DNA of 63,547 bases, counting the filler, from Olpidium bornovanus S191 (Eukaryota; Fungi; Olpidiomycota): assembly GCA_017911155.1 (NCBI GenBank). It is 29 parts of 29 records of this genome, joined end to end, with 100 filler letters (N's around TTAATTAATTAA, not from the genome) between each part and the next. Parts side by side here need not be neighbours in the genome. Positions count along the whole stretch, not along the records: positions 41,736 to 45,435 come from JAEFCI010012670.1; positions 45,536 to 47,315 come from JAEFCI010007952.1; positions 47,416 to 48,797 come from JAEFCI010012784.1; positions 48,898 to 51,790 come from JAEFCI010003132.1; positions 51,891 to 55,204 come from JAEFCI010007139.1; positions 55,305 to 57,907 come from JAEFCI010000348.1; 23 more parts are not named here. The stretch is one strand, 5' to 3'. The notes beneath the pieces were generated by a model, which saw only the letters and a list, made by a program, of their open reading frames with translations, had not been told where the DNA came from and did no database searches. Position numbers and translations under genes: made by a program. Each line of letters starts with the position of its first letter. Positions within the stretch are counted from its first letter, which is position 1. Of this stretch, positions 43,993-55,623 are shown piece after piece.

Positions 43993-45039
43993 ATGAGCCG
44001 ACGCCTCGGCACGAACCTCCTGGACGTCACGAGGTGCTCCAGGAGCCGGGTTCCTGGTGCCTACCGGACCGACACTGGAGAGAACTCCACCCGCCGCCCG
44101 GACCAGCACGCGAACCTGTCCACGACAGTTACGCCGCCTGCACGGCTTTGGCCTGCTGCTCTCTCGGGTCCGGCGTGTTCTCCGGCAGGACTCGTGTCCC
44201 GCGTTCAACCCCGCGCCGACCGGCCGGCGTCGCGGGCAAGCGGCCTGCGCGCCTTCGCGCGCGACGGAACTCGCGTATGCCGCAGCACGGTGGCGCACAC
44301 TACGGAGGCGGGTTTGGAATGCGGACACCAACTCCACGAAGGGCGATCAGCGCAGTCCGACCGCGGCCAGCACGTTCCAGAGCACCTTAGGCTCAACCGC
44401 CCGCCGAGTGACGCCAAGTTCTGGTACCGCCGGATGCTGGAATTCCGTCGACGAAACGATGCGGACGGCGTCCTTGCGTCGCTTGCAGACATGAAACGGG
44501 AAGGCATCTTGCCCGACCGGGATGTGTGCTGCGTCGTCCTGGATGTGTTGTCGGAACCAAGCGTTCCAGCGTCGAGGCCGGTGGAGCTGATCCGTGCGTG
44601 GGAGATGTACTCGCACGTCGCCGAACAGTGCGCAAATGGCGACCACGACTTCGCCCGGGAGTGCGTTGTTCGAGGCTTGTCGCAATTCGTGCGGGAGTCG
44701 GTCCCGAAATTGGCAGGGCTGCGGCGAAAAAAAGCGGACCGCATTGCTGCAGGGAGAGGAAAGGTTCGGCCAACGGTCATGCCAAGATTTGCCCAGCAGG
44801 AAGGGCAAATTGTCACTCTGGAGGCTATGATGGTGAAGGCATCATTCCTTGCAACTGAACACTTCCGAGAGATCCAAAAACCGTCTATTCAAGCCGTCCT
44901 GGGTGCACTCGCCTGTGCCGGCAGGAGGGGTGATAAACCTGCCATGGACGCGATTCTCGCCAAGGCCAAAGAGACGGCCGCCACAAAGTCTGAAGTTGTA
45001 CGACCCATAGAGCACTCCTCTCTAGACCCCGCTGTGTAG
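43993..45039 (+). CDS. PPR-like putative mitochondrial protein, fragment
   Basis: Arg/Ser-rich N-terminal targeting-like segment; PPR-like helices (DGVLASLADMKREGILPDRDVCCVVLDVL; VLGALACAGRRGDKPAMDAIL). Confidence 0.5.
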   Translation: MSRRLGTNLLDVTRCSRSRVPGAYRTDTGENSTRRPDQHANLSTTVTPPARLWPAALSGPACSPAGLVSRVQPRADRPASRASGLRAFARDGTRVCRSTVAHTTEAGLECGHQLHEGRSAQSDRGQHVPEHLRLNRPPSDAKFWYRRMLEFRRRNDADGVLASLADMKREGILPDRDVCCVVLDVLSEPSVPASRPVELIRAWEMYSHVAEQCANGDHDFARECVVRGLSQFVRESVPKLAGLRRKKADRIAAGRGKVRPTVMPRFAQQEGQIVTLEAMMVKASFLATEHFREIQKPSIQAVLGALACAGRRGDKPAMDAILAKAKETAATKSEVVRPIEHSSLDPAV

Positions 45040-45535
45040 TTTAACAACGGTTGGTGGCAGGTTGGAACTTTTATGGTAGTGGCGAATGAAACGTACGTCC
45101 CGCGGTCTGTGTCCACTACCGTTGAAAAGCGAATGGCGGCTAGGCTAGGACAAGGCCACGTTTGCATAGCCCAGGATCCTGCCCAGACTTGTCGTGCAAC
45201 AGGACTGAGTGCGGTGACAGCTAGCTAGACAGCTGCCGAGTTTGCGGCTAGCTGCCCAATAATTCGCCGTGTAAGTTTTCTGTAGGCTACTTTGCGGTTT
45301 ATGGTTTATTGTGAAGCATGCGCAAGCTTGAGAAAGAGGAAGACGGAGCGAGGGATTGGTTGTCGGTCGAAATCCAAGGCAAATGGCGGAGGCGGCAGCG
45401 CGCACCGGACAAAAGCAGATGGCAGTCCGAACGGCNNNNNNNNNNNNNNNNNNNNNNNNNNNNNNNNNNNNNNNNNNNNTTAATTAATTAANNNNNNNNN
45501 NNNNNNNNNNNNNNNNNNNNNNNNNNNNNNNNNNN

Positions 45536-47315
45536 CATGGCCGCGCCGTCCATAAGCGGGGCGCTCTTCTTTGACAATCGGTAATTCACGCTCTGGCCCC
45601 GGTTCTGGCCGCCGAAGGGTGACGTCGACGACGAAGGAATGAAACCGGCGCGCGTAGTCAAAGTTCCGGAGTGGCGCTCACTTTCGCCGTGCGGCGGGAT
45701 GGGAAATTTCACGGGTAGTGTCGGGGGCGAACCGCGCCGCTTGTAAAAGAGGAGGTACGCGGCCGGAGTCTGAAAAACAGCTTAGTTGTCAGCAAACATA
45801 CAATCCTTTCATAAAAGCAACCCCGTACCCACTTATCAGAACGCACCTTTATTTCCGAGACGGACACCGGCTCCACGCGGGTATCGTCAAAGTGATACCA
45901 TTTACAGTCCTCAGGATTCTGCGCGTAGGCCGTATCTCCAGAAGCGCAAGAAATTGTCAGACGCGAGAAGAGTGAAAGTGTGGAATCGGCTTTCAGCGGT
46001 GGTGACGAGAAAACTTACAATGGCCGCCGCCAAGGCCCCCGTAGTGGGTTGATATTGCGTACAGATCGTATATCACTCCACGTTCTTCTTCTCGCTGCGT
46101 GCTTTCCACCCGCGACGTGAGATCAAGTCCCCTAGCAGACGCAACAACAAAAAGGTGAATCATAAGTATTCGAATGTTCGATGTAATGAAAACATCTTAT
46201 CGATCCCGGTCAACTATGCAGCCCCCAATCCACTTACTCAACGTCAAAGTTGACCATGACATCGATCTTGTCCCGCAGCGTCCGGCTCTGTGCGAAACGC
46301 TTGAGTTGTACAACGAGTGTGTCTGGCAACTTCCAGAAACCCATGCTTTTGTTGGCTTCCCGGTGTTCCTTGCAGTCGCTGCAGTACCAAAGGTTGCCCT
46401 CGCTAAGTCGCTCAGTGCGCATGAACTCGTCGAAACAATCCAGCAGGGTCACTCCGCTGCGCCGTCGGCGCTCTTCCTCGTCCCGGTCGGCGCGGACCTC
46501 GGACGGTTCTACCGTCTCGCGCGAAACAAAGAGGCTTCGACCCTTTTCCGAGCCAAAAAGGCGAGCAAGGGGATCGATTTCCTCGGAATCCTCCTCCGTC
46601 CGCCGGGGATCTCCGTCACCAACGCCCTCCGTCGCAGACTGTTCAGCTTGCCAAGGGTCCCTCACAGACCGGTTCTCCTCCGAGAATGCGTACTCGACAT
46701 GGGCGGAAGGCCACTCACATACAACTACGTCGCCAGTAACGAGGAGCGCAACTCCAGGCATCTCCTTAGTATCATCGACCATGTCAGTCTGCTCCTCATC
46801 TGCCGCCATGTCCGACTCGCCCCAGATAGTAGCGGCTTGCGATGGCCGCTGAGGCGGGGAAGCTGGGGGGGTTCCGGTGCTGCAAACGTCGTTTGAATGG
46901 AGCACGGCCGGCTGATTCCAACCGGAGTCCGCCTTGACGGCGGCCTGCGTGGCCCGATAATCGATCGGGTTCAAGGAGAAGAAGTTAATGGCCGACATGT
47001 TCCCCAGCGCGACCTCGTCAATTTTGAAGTCGCGTGAATGAGACGAGCCGAACGAGGGAACTAAGCGAGGAATGAAGAGGTCCGGGATGAGCACGTCGGC
47101 AGGCCGACCGTCTTCCTCGTCCGGTTCGCCAGTCGGGTGCCGATTTGCGCCGCGGAGATTTCTTCGCAGGGGCAGCGTAGTCAATCGCTGGCATTGCTCG
47201 ACAAGACACCGGTAAATCTCGTCTGAGTCCATAACATCGTCCATCATCATCTGCAAAAGCAAAGGGTATCCAAGGGGGTCTCCGCCGTACGATTTCGTCG
47301 ATGGCACGTTCATGA
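45536..47315 (-). CDS. Ubiquitin-specific protease (Ubp12/USP4-15-like), C-terminal part, spliced
   Basis: TLLDCFDEFMRTERLSEGNLWYCSDCKEHREANKSMGFWKLPDTLVVQLKRF, YDLYAISTHYGGLGGGH (His box), KWYHFDDTRV. Confidence 0.9.
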
Positions 47316-47415
47316 NNNNNNNNNNNNNNNNNNNNNNNNNNNNNNNNNNNNNNNNNNNNTTAATTAATTAANNNNNNNNNNNNNNNNNNNNNNNNNNNNN
47401 NNNNNNNNNNNNNNN

Positions 47416-48260
47416 AACTCGGGGACGACGTTGTTGCGCAGTTCGGCGAGCTTCTGGGCCTCGGTAAAGGTCCCAGAGAGCTCGAGCTCGGAAAGGAAGC
47501 GCTGCTTCCACGCAATCCATCCGCCTCCACACTGGAGTGCATTGTCCCACACGGGAGACATGCGGACTCGGCGGCCGTGAGGGACGACACGGGAAACGCC
47601 GGTCAACGCAGCACCACCAGAGGGATGGCGGGAGATCGGGGACGGCGAGCGATCTTCCTCCAAATCGGAAGACGACGATTCGGACGAGCTTTCGGTCGAC
47701 GAGAAGAACGATCGTCGGCGGCGGCGGCGGCGGTTCGTCGAAGAACGATGACGAGACCGAGCGGGGGGCGAATGAGACGGAATACGCGCGGTCGCGGTCG
47801 ACGGGCGAACGGTCGTCGATGGGTCCGCGAGTCGAGCAGCCGTGCGGTCCAGGCTTGCCTGGAGAAGCGACAGGGAGCGGCTTGGCGCACGGTACGAGGC
47901 AGCCATCTCGATGAGGCGCTCGTCGAGCGAGGTGCAGGTAACGCTCAACTCCTGCAACGAAATTGACCGGTCGCCGACGATGGCGGGAAGGGCAGCGTCA
48001 ACGTTGGTTAAAAGCGCAGCCGCGGTAACAGCACCAACGCGGGCAACGATCGAAGCGCGCCACTCAGCGAGGCCAGCCAGCTTCTGCTGTCGAAGAAGAG
48101 CATTGCCGGCGGGGGCGGAAGCCGGGTTTTGGCGGCGCGCCTCGAGTCCGACACGGGCAGACGAAGCGGCGGGCGCGGCGGGCGTGGCGGCGGGAGTGGC
48201 GTCGGGCGCGGCCTGTTCGGATATGAACAGGGGAACGCGAAGCGGCTGTAAATCCATCCG
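47416..48260 (-). mobile_element. Possible retroelement gag-like ORF fragment
   Basis: Ala/Pro-rich linker, helical segment, Ser-rich SSSESSSSDLEED, then GGWIAWKQRFLSELELSG..EAQKLAEL, resembling a capsid N-terminal helix pattern. Weak. Confidence 0.35.
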
Positions 48261-48602
48261 TGCGTCGAGGGACGGCGACGGCGGGATGGGGACGGCGGCG
48301 GGGTCGACGGGCGCGGATGACGACGCGGCGACAGGCGCGGGGGACGACGCGGCTGAACAAACAGCAGAGTTTGACGGGTTTGACGGCGCCGGTGCCAGAA
48401 GGCGGAAGACTTGCGGCCGCCCAGAAGAAAGTCCAGAATTTCGATTTCCAAAAATATATGACGCACCTTTCCAATCTAGTGAACGACCCCGACATCGAGG
48501 AAGTCGCAAAATCAGAACTGAAGGTTCACAAGGAAAGCAAGATACTGACCGCTGTACGTGTCAGCTGTGAGACGCCCCCGGGCGCAGTCCGCCAGCGGAC
48601 CT

Positions 48603-48649
<47 letters not shown>

Positions 48650-48897
48650 CGCGCCGGACGCGGGGCGGGGCCTCTCCGCCGCCGGGCCGGGCGAGCGTCG
48701 TTCTACAGGTGTGGGGGGGGCCATGTAGCTAGCTATGGGACGGGAGGAGCGAGCCGCCCGGACCACCCGGATGTGGGCGAGCCCGAAACTCTTGGAGNNN
48801 NNNNNNNNNNNNNNNNNNNNNNNNNNNNNNNNNNNNNNNNNTTAATTAATTAANNNNNNNNNNNNNNNNNNNNNNNNNNNNNNNNNNNNNNNNNNNN

Positions 48898-49655
48898 CAT
48901 GAATGAGGTCTCGGCTTTGCAGCGAATTCGAGATTGTGCACCCGTCTCCGACGTTTGACGTTCTCTGGGAGAAATCGATTTTCTGTGCGCATTTATTCCG
49001 CATTACAGTCATCAGGCCGAACCTCTTTTACGCGTTCTTGCAAAAAAAAAGGGCGGCGTTTATTTGGACTCCAGCTTGCTCAGTAATGTCAGTAATGCAA
49101 GACTTATGCGCCGAACTCGAGTCTGCTCCAGTACTCTCCGCTACGGCTCGGAAGCACCGCAGCTCTTTTTAATAGTCGGACGCTAGTCCGTTAGCTGCCG
49201 CGTGGGCTTCAAGCCAAGAGAGTCTCAATGATGAGACGCGCCGGCCGCGGAAAAAATTTGGCGCAAAAGGTCTTCACTGCAACATAGCGTGAATGTAGCC
49301 AGACCAAACGGGAACTCTTCGCCATAAAAACCGGCCCGCTCGAGGAACAACAGTCGACCCTCGGTGCATCCCTCGTTGCCTAGATAGATAGCTGCGCAAT
49401 CATTGGATTGATCCATAATTGTACGACGGCTGATATTCACTGTCAGCGATGGAACGACGTAATAAGCAGTTCGATGTTGTCTTCCGGCACATAACAGGCA
49501 AAGAAAATGTCATCGCAGATATGCTGAGTAGGTCTTGGTATGAAAAACAAGATTGCCTGGATAAGAATAATGACGACACGGGCCTCGTTTGTAATACTTT
49601 GGCTGTCCCACAAGTTAATTCGGGCGTTGTACACGATTTTTCGGCAAGGTTGTAA
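48898..49655 (+). pseudogene. Degenerate Ty3/Gypsy RT-connection/RNase H fragment
   Basis: FLCAFIPHYSHQAEPLLRVL.KK, ELESAPVL, QFDVVFRHITGKENVIADMLSR (RNase H ADxLSR motif); stops and frameshifts. Confidence 0.8.
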
Positions 49656-51535
49656 AGTGACAAATATGAAGGAGAACTCCGTACTTTTGGCCAAGCATTC
49701 AAACAGTGCGCGACCCACCTAAACTACCTCTCCATGAGCGTCGCCAGGGAGCTCCACGACATACCAGTGACTCACGGCATTTTTTCCGGCGGCGGCTTCG
49801 ACGCGCTCCGGCTCATTCTGAGCATTGCTGCCGAGGATCGCACCTCGAGCTCGCCTGAAGAGCCGGCGTCCGCCAAGGCCGTGCCGCTTTGCGCCTCGTC
49901 GTCTCCCGCGAGCCAGTCTTGCGGAGGCACAATCGTGGGGCCTACCAGGATTCTAAACGGGCCGACCTTCCTCGTTCGCGGGCGGACTCGGACGTCAGTT
50001 TTAGGACGTACGTCTTTGCCGCGATTCCGAACCGGTGGCGCCACCTTCCTCCCGTACTGCCTGTCGAACCTCTCAACCGCCTCTGTTACACCTGTTGCGT
50101 GCGCCGCGTTCGTCGGAGCGCCGGCTGCCACTTCGTGGCTCGGATCTACGCCCTGCTGATGGACTGTGAGGACATGCGTAACGGCTGTCCGCAGTCGCCC
50201 GGCTTTGGCGTCTGACTTGAACAGCCTGTACACCAGATCGCACTGCAGCGGTTCGAAGGAGTGAGGCAGGGGCTGGAGCAGCGGTGCAGGAGTTCGCAGG
50301 TACCGTTGCCGACGCCGCCGCCAGAAACGCAGTCCCCTGCCGGCCGGAGAAGAGATCGGACGCGGCAGACTTCCGACTCTGATGCTGCCCGAAAAACATT
50401 GGGAGCTGTCGTTGGCCCCGGCACCTCCGGCTCTCTTGCGAGCGGGGTACGGCGTAAATACTGGCGGCTTTAGCGGCGGGTGCTTCGGGATTGCCGAAAG
50501 CCTCACGCACCCCGGTCGGGGACGCCCGGCAAACGACCGACGCGAGTCGACTTTGGGCTGTCCAAATCTTCCGTCGCGGGTAGGCGTTTTGACGCTCAGC
50601 GGCCTGAAGAGGAGGGTGTCCGGTCGCGGCCGAGGTCTGGCGGCTACGACCGTCACCAGCGCACCGACGGCGACGGTGGCTTCGGCACCGGCGGGTCGGG
50701 AGCGGCAGCTCTGGCTTTTGGCCTTGCGCGCGGCTCTTTCACAACCACGACCGGCTTTTGGTGCGGCGTCCACGAAACCGACTCGCGCGTTCCAGCCTGT
50801 GTCAATCATACGAGAAACGCTCAAACGAAAGCGCTCGCCTGGGTTTGGGGCATCAAGGGCCGGGTGACCGGCTAGCAAAATGGAGCACGGAAAGAGGGGG
50901 GGGGAAGGTCGCCGACGTCTCTGTAAGGATACTGTGACCAAATTGGCAGACGGGGCGGCGTCGCAAGTTGTCCCACGAGTTTGCGTTCAAGCAGAGTGCT
51001 CTGAGATGGCGGATTCGCGCGTCTTGCGACTTGATTGGACGGCGCGCGGCGGGTTCCATTGAAAAAAAGCCGCAACCGCCTCGAGGCGGAAAGCGGGGCG
51101 TGGGGGGGGATCGGCGCGCCCGCAAACCTGCCAAAACAAAGCAAACCGAATCCGCCTTCCCTTAAACCCATCCCCCGAAACTTGAATGACCGACCTGTCT
51201 CGACTTCACCAATCCGGGATTTGCGAACAGTGAGTTCATCTAATAAGTTCACTTCGATTCTATTTCAAAAAACGGGTCGCCCGTGCGTTCTACAAAACGG
51301 TGGGGGTGAATACATAACTTCGGACTTGCTCGCAATATCCCAGGACGTTATTGGGGTGGGGGGGGGGGTTATTTATGTTCACGTAAGCATGAGACACCCG
51401 CAAGTCCACGGGGATCGAATACTTGCTCAACCCTCCCAAAACCATCTAATCCAGTTTCAGCCAATGAGTAAATCAATGTCGGCCCGTCCCCCCTCTCTTC
51501 CGCTCCTTTCCTGAAACCTTACGCTCTCTCTCTCT

Positions 51536-51572
<37 letters not shown>

Positions 51573-51890
51573 GTCGACCTTCCCGACGACCTTCGTAATC
51601 CCGAACATAGTCTGGCCGTCTCGACAAGAGATCTGCACCCGCGGTTTGTTTTTTTTTTCTGGAACGGATCATGATGGTCCAATGTGCGCTTCGAATAGCC
51701 TTCCATCAACGTACGAGTGCCCCGACGTTGCACCTCTCTGCTCCAAGACTTCTTGTTCATACGCGCTGTAGCGTGTTTCCGCGGTCTAGCNNNNNNNNNN
51801 NNNNNNNNNNNNNNNNNNNNNNNNNNNNNNNNNNTTAATTAATTAANNNNNNNNNNNNNNNNNNNNNNNNNNNNNNNNNNNNNNNNNNNN

Positions 51891-52601
51891 GCAAGAAACG
51901 TTTCCCGGGATTGCGGCAATGGCGGTTTGGACTGGCGCGGTAAGGCCGTCCAGATAAAGGACCATTAGGCCGTGATAATTTATTTCGCCATTAAGTGAGA
52001 CAGCATTCATGTTGAACTGTATGGTGAAGGCCTGAACAGTGTCGGTTTGACGCAACTGGCGTAATTGGCGGCTAAGCGCCATGGAGTCATACGATGGTGC
52101 AAAACGTGCGTGTAACATTCGCTTGAGCGCTTGCCAGCTGTCGTTGCCGGAAGTCTGCTTGAGAGAGTACCATTGGTTGGCCGGGGCACCCTGAAGTTTA
52201 TTGGCTGCCAAAACGCCACGATAAGCGTGAGGTGTATTAGCCAAAGAGAAATAAGTTTCAAGGCGGCCAACGAATTGACAGCGTCCATACGCGCCACCGC
52301 GTGGATCAAACCTTGGTATGTCAGAGAGCACCGATCTGAGAGATTCAGCATGGATCAGTGGGGCGTCGTCAGGGCCATTTGCATGGGCCGTGTAGACAGC
52401 TCGTTCTTTCCCTTTTGACTTGTCCTGTTTGTCCAAAAGAATGCTCATTGCAAAGAGTTTGGCACGAAGATGATCAATTTCATTCTGTTTGTCGGTGTCA
52501 CGTTCTAAACGCCTGGAAGGACCTGCTGGCGTGGGTGTGTCCTGGTTGGAGAAGATGGCACCTTTCCCGGCAGTGGGATTATCTGCCTTGTCAAGCGGCA
52601 T
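51891..52601 (-). CDS. Ty3/Gypsy-type Gag (capsid), open to contig end
   Basis: IPRFDP..FVGRLETYF..AANKLQGAPANQWY..SWQALKRMLHARFAP..LSRQLRQLRQTDTVQAFTIQF..LYLDGL: retrotransposon gag pattern with no stops. Confidence 0.85.
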
Positions 52602-53129
52602 GGCGGCGGCGGCGGCGGCGGCGATGAGCGGCCGGGGAGCGGCGGCGGCGAAAGCGGCGCGGCGGTGGCGGAGAGCGGCGGCGGCGGGAAAGCGGCGGCG
52701 GTGTCGGAGGGCAATGTGCCCTCCCTTGGCTGCCCCCCCCCCATAAAATAGCCCGACTTGCGAATAATCCGCACCCTCCCTTAGCGACTTGCAACCACCG
52801 AATAGCAAAAATAAACAGACATACCGCCTGTGCGCATTTTTCCCGAAGGATAGCGACTGTGACTCCCACGGCGGAGGGCGGCAGCTCCTTGGGTCCAGTA
52901 AGGGCAAGAACGCGAGAGGTCGCGTGAGCGGAGCTCCCTTTGGAGGTTCCTTCGAACACCCCTCCCAAGGTCTCTCCGAACGTTCCTCGGTATGGGCGTG
53001 ACGGCGACAGGAGAGGTCAGCCGACACCGCTGGACGCCTTGCAGCAAGAGCCCCAGCTGTCCCTGTTCTCTCCCTCCTTTTTCTCGAGGTTGGGCCCTTC
53101 TAGGCCGACAGCGGCGGCCGGAAAGCGGC

Positions 53130-53231
53130 GGTGGTGAAAGCGGCGGAGAAAGCGGCGGCGGAGTAAGCGCAGCGGCGGCGGCGGCGGCGCTGCGGGATGG
53201 CAGCTGCGGGGACTAGGACGGCGGAGGCGAA

Positions 53232-53299
<68 letters not shown>

Positions 53300-53394
53300 T
53301 GTGTAGGCTGCGGCGACTGCGGGAGCGCAGCGGCGGCAGCGGCGGCCGGAAACGGCGGCAGCGGCGGCGGTGAGCGGCCGGTGAGCGGCGGCTA

Positions 53395-53425
<31 letters not shown>

Positions 53426-53620
53426 GGTGGCGGTGGCGGCGGTGGCGGCGGCGGCGAGCTGCGAGCTGCGGCGGCAAAGATGCGGCGGCGGCAAAGATGC
53501 GGCGGCGGCAAAGATGCGGCGGCGGCAAAGATGCGGCGGCGGCAAAGATGCGAGCTGCGGCGGCAGCGGCGAGCTGCGAGCCGCGGCTGCGGCTGCGGTG
53601 AGGCGGCGGCGGGCTGCAGG
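53130..53620. repeat. (GCG)n trinucleotide-rich tract including a 17-bp tandem repeat
   Basis: Long GGC/GCG runs; TGCGGCGGCGGCAAAGA x4 at 53481-53548. Confidence 0.9.
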
Positions 53621-53641
53621 GGCGACCGTCAAAGTCCGTTT

Positions 53642-53653
53642 GGGCTCATAACC
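53642..53653 (-). promoter_or_regulatory. Primer-binding site complementary to the anticodon stem-loop of initiator tRNA-Met (half-tRNA priming)
   Basis: GGTTATGAGCCC directly after the LTR terminal CA; its complement GGGCTCATAACC is the anticodon arm of fungal tRNA-iMet, as used by Ty5/copia. Confidence 0.75.
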
Positions 53654-53768
53654 TGTGGGACTTTCTGGTGGTTAGTTAATCTTTGTACTACTACTATTTT
53701 ACGCGTTTTGTGAATAAACCGCCCTCACGCGGCAAAACCCCCCCCCCAAAAAAACAAAAAGTCCCACA
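53654..53768 (-). mobile_element. Short (115-bp) LTR
   Basis: Perfect 11-bp terminal inverted repeat TGTGGGACTTT...AAAGTCCCACA, immediately followed by the PBS. Confidence 0.7.
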
Positions 53769-55122
53769 CATTCAACGGCTCGGCCACGTTGGCAAAGTGG
53801 GGAATGAAACTTCAATAGAACCCAACAGCGCCCAAAAACCGACGTACTTCGCTGACCGTCCGACACTTACCCATCCGTTCGATTGCGGCGATCTTCGACG
53901 GTCCTGCTGTGAGCCCCAGGTGGTTGCAGACGAACACGACCACCGTTATCTCCTATTGCCGAAGGTCGACTTCTGACCCGAGAAGGGCAAGCCAACCTCG
54001 ATGGCACGAGTCAGAACCACCCTCACGTCTTCGACGTGGTCGTGCACGAACCGTCGGACACCCGGTGACACCTTTGACTCGCCTCGGCTATCGAAGCGCG
54101 CACCTCGCATCGGCATGTCGTCGATGAAAAGGAGCGTAACCCGCGGAATGAAGTCGCAGAACACCTCGCTTAGCCCAGCTTAAACGTGTCCAACGGAGTT
54201 CGTTCCGCCCATCCCAACGACGCTCAGTCGGAGCAACCCCAACGGAGTCTGCATGGCCGTCAGCTCCCTCGACGCGATCTCCAACTAAAACTGGTCGTAT
54301 CCCGAAAACAAGTCGGCCATAGATTAGATCGCGCGCGCGGCGAAGAGATCAACGTAATCGTCCAATATCAGGGTGACCCCCGCATTTCGAACCGTCATGG
54401 CGTTGACAGGCCGCAGATCCTGGATGAAGTGTAAGCTCCCATCCTTTTTTGGAACCGTGAACCAGCAGTTCGAATACGGTCCTTGCGCCGGCTTGGGAAC
54501 CTTCCTTCAAAGTTGAGCTCTAAGGAGGTCCAGAAGTTGCCATAATGCGCCCTTGGTATCGGCAACGGCTTCAACCTCCAGGGAGTGTGTTTGGTCGTGA
54601 AATCACCATCAGCGCGACCACAGTTGGGTTTACTTAGCCGATTTCATCGTCTTCGAAGGCGAAGGCCTTGCCCAGCGGCTCCCACATCTCCCGGAACAAT
54701 TGGACTTCCTGGGTCGAGAGCCACCCGTCGCCCCCGATCGTCACCGCTGTCAGCGTCTCTGGAGTAAAACAATGCCCAATTGAGTCGATAGGGCGGAGCG
54801 GCGGTTTGCCCCGTGCCCGCTCCACGCGCTCATGGGCATCTACCGGCATCTCCGTGGCTTGCGGCATCACTCGTTGCGCTACCGACTTGTAACCCGCATT
54901 GACGCGCCCGCACTGGGTCACTTTGGTGCCCCGCAGTAGTTCGGCCAAGAGTTTGACTTCGCTCAGGGACGTTAGTTCAATTCTACTTTTTCCTCTTCCC
55001 ACAAGCGTCGCCTCTTCGAACCGTTCTTTGGCCGACTCTGCAAACGTCTCTACATAGATCTCGCAGTCCGCTTCGTTTCCGATCCATGCTGTCTCCCTTT
55101 GCCCGGCCCGACGAGCTGTCAT
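53769..55122 (-). pseudogene. Degenerate Ty3/Gypsy pol (RT), same family as 34190-35457, interrupted by the LTR
   Basis: YKSVAQRVMP..AFAFEDDEIG..LFIDDMPMRG..VLTRAIEVGLPFSGQKSTFG..FIPHFANVAEPLN, which stops exactly at the LTR TG. Confidence 0.85.
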
Positions 55123-55304
55123 CGAAATCGACGGCGTACCGCCCTGGCCGCCTCCATCACGGGAACGTGTGTCGCTAACCCGGGGTCTGCGCCGACGCGC
55201 CCCCNNNNNNNNNNNNNNNNNNNNNNNNNNNNNNNNNNNNNNNNNNNNTTAATTAATTAANNNNNNNNNNNNNNNNNNNNNNNNNNNNNNNNNNNNNNNN
55301 NNNN

Positions 55305-55623
55305 AACGGGGTCGACCAAGGGATTGGGCCTTCTGGGACAGCATATTGGCGGAGGGAAGATCCGCGCTGCCGTGGTGGACACCCGAACGCGTGCCAAGCC
55401 TGGACTCAAGACGCCAAAAGCATGGGCGACGTCCGCTGGCTCGGGGCTGTCGTCGACCACGGGCGGGGTCGTCACATCCCTTGCATTCACGCCCGTTCAG
55501 GGCATCGAGCTCTCAAACCCCGAGGCGGCCAAGGAGAAAGTCCGAGAGGCGAACGAACGGTGGTTTGGGTCGGGCGGGTGGAAGGCCGGCAAATTGTCTG
55601 GGCAGAAGAAGGCCGAGGAATGA
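55305..55623 (+). CDS. PRP31: U4/U6 snRNP protein Prp31, C-terminus
   Basis: GLGLLG..GKIRA..SGLSSTTGGVVTSLAFTPVQGIELSNPE..KVREANERWFG. Confidence 0.9.
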
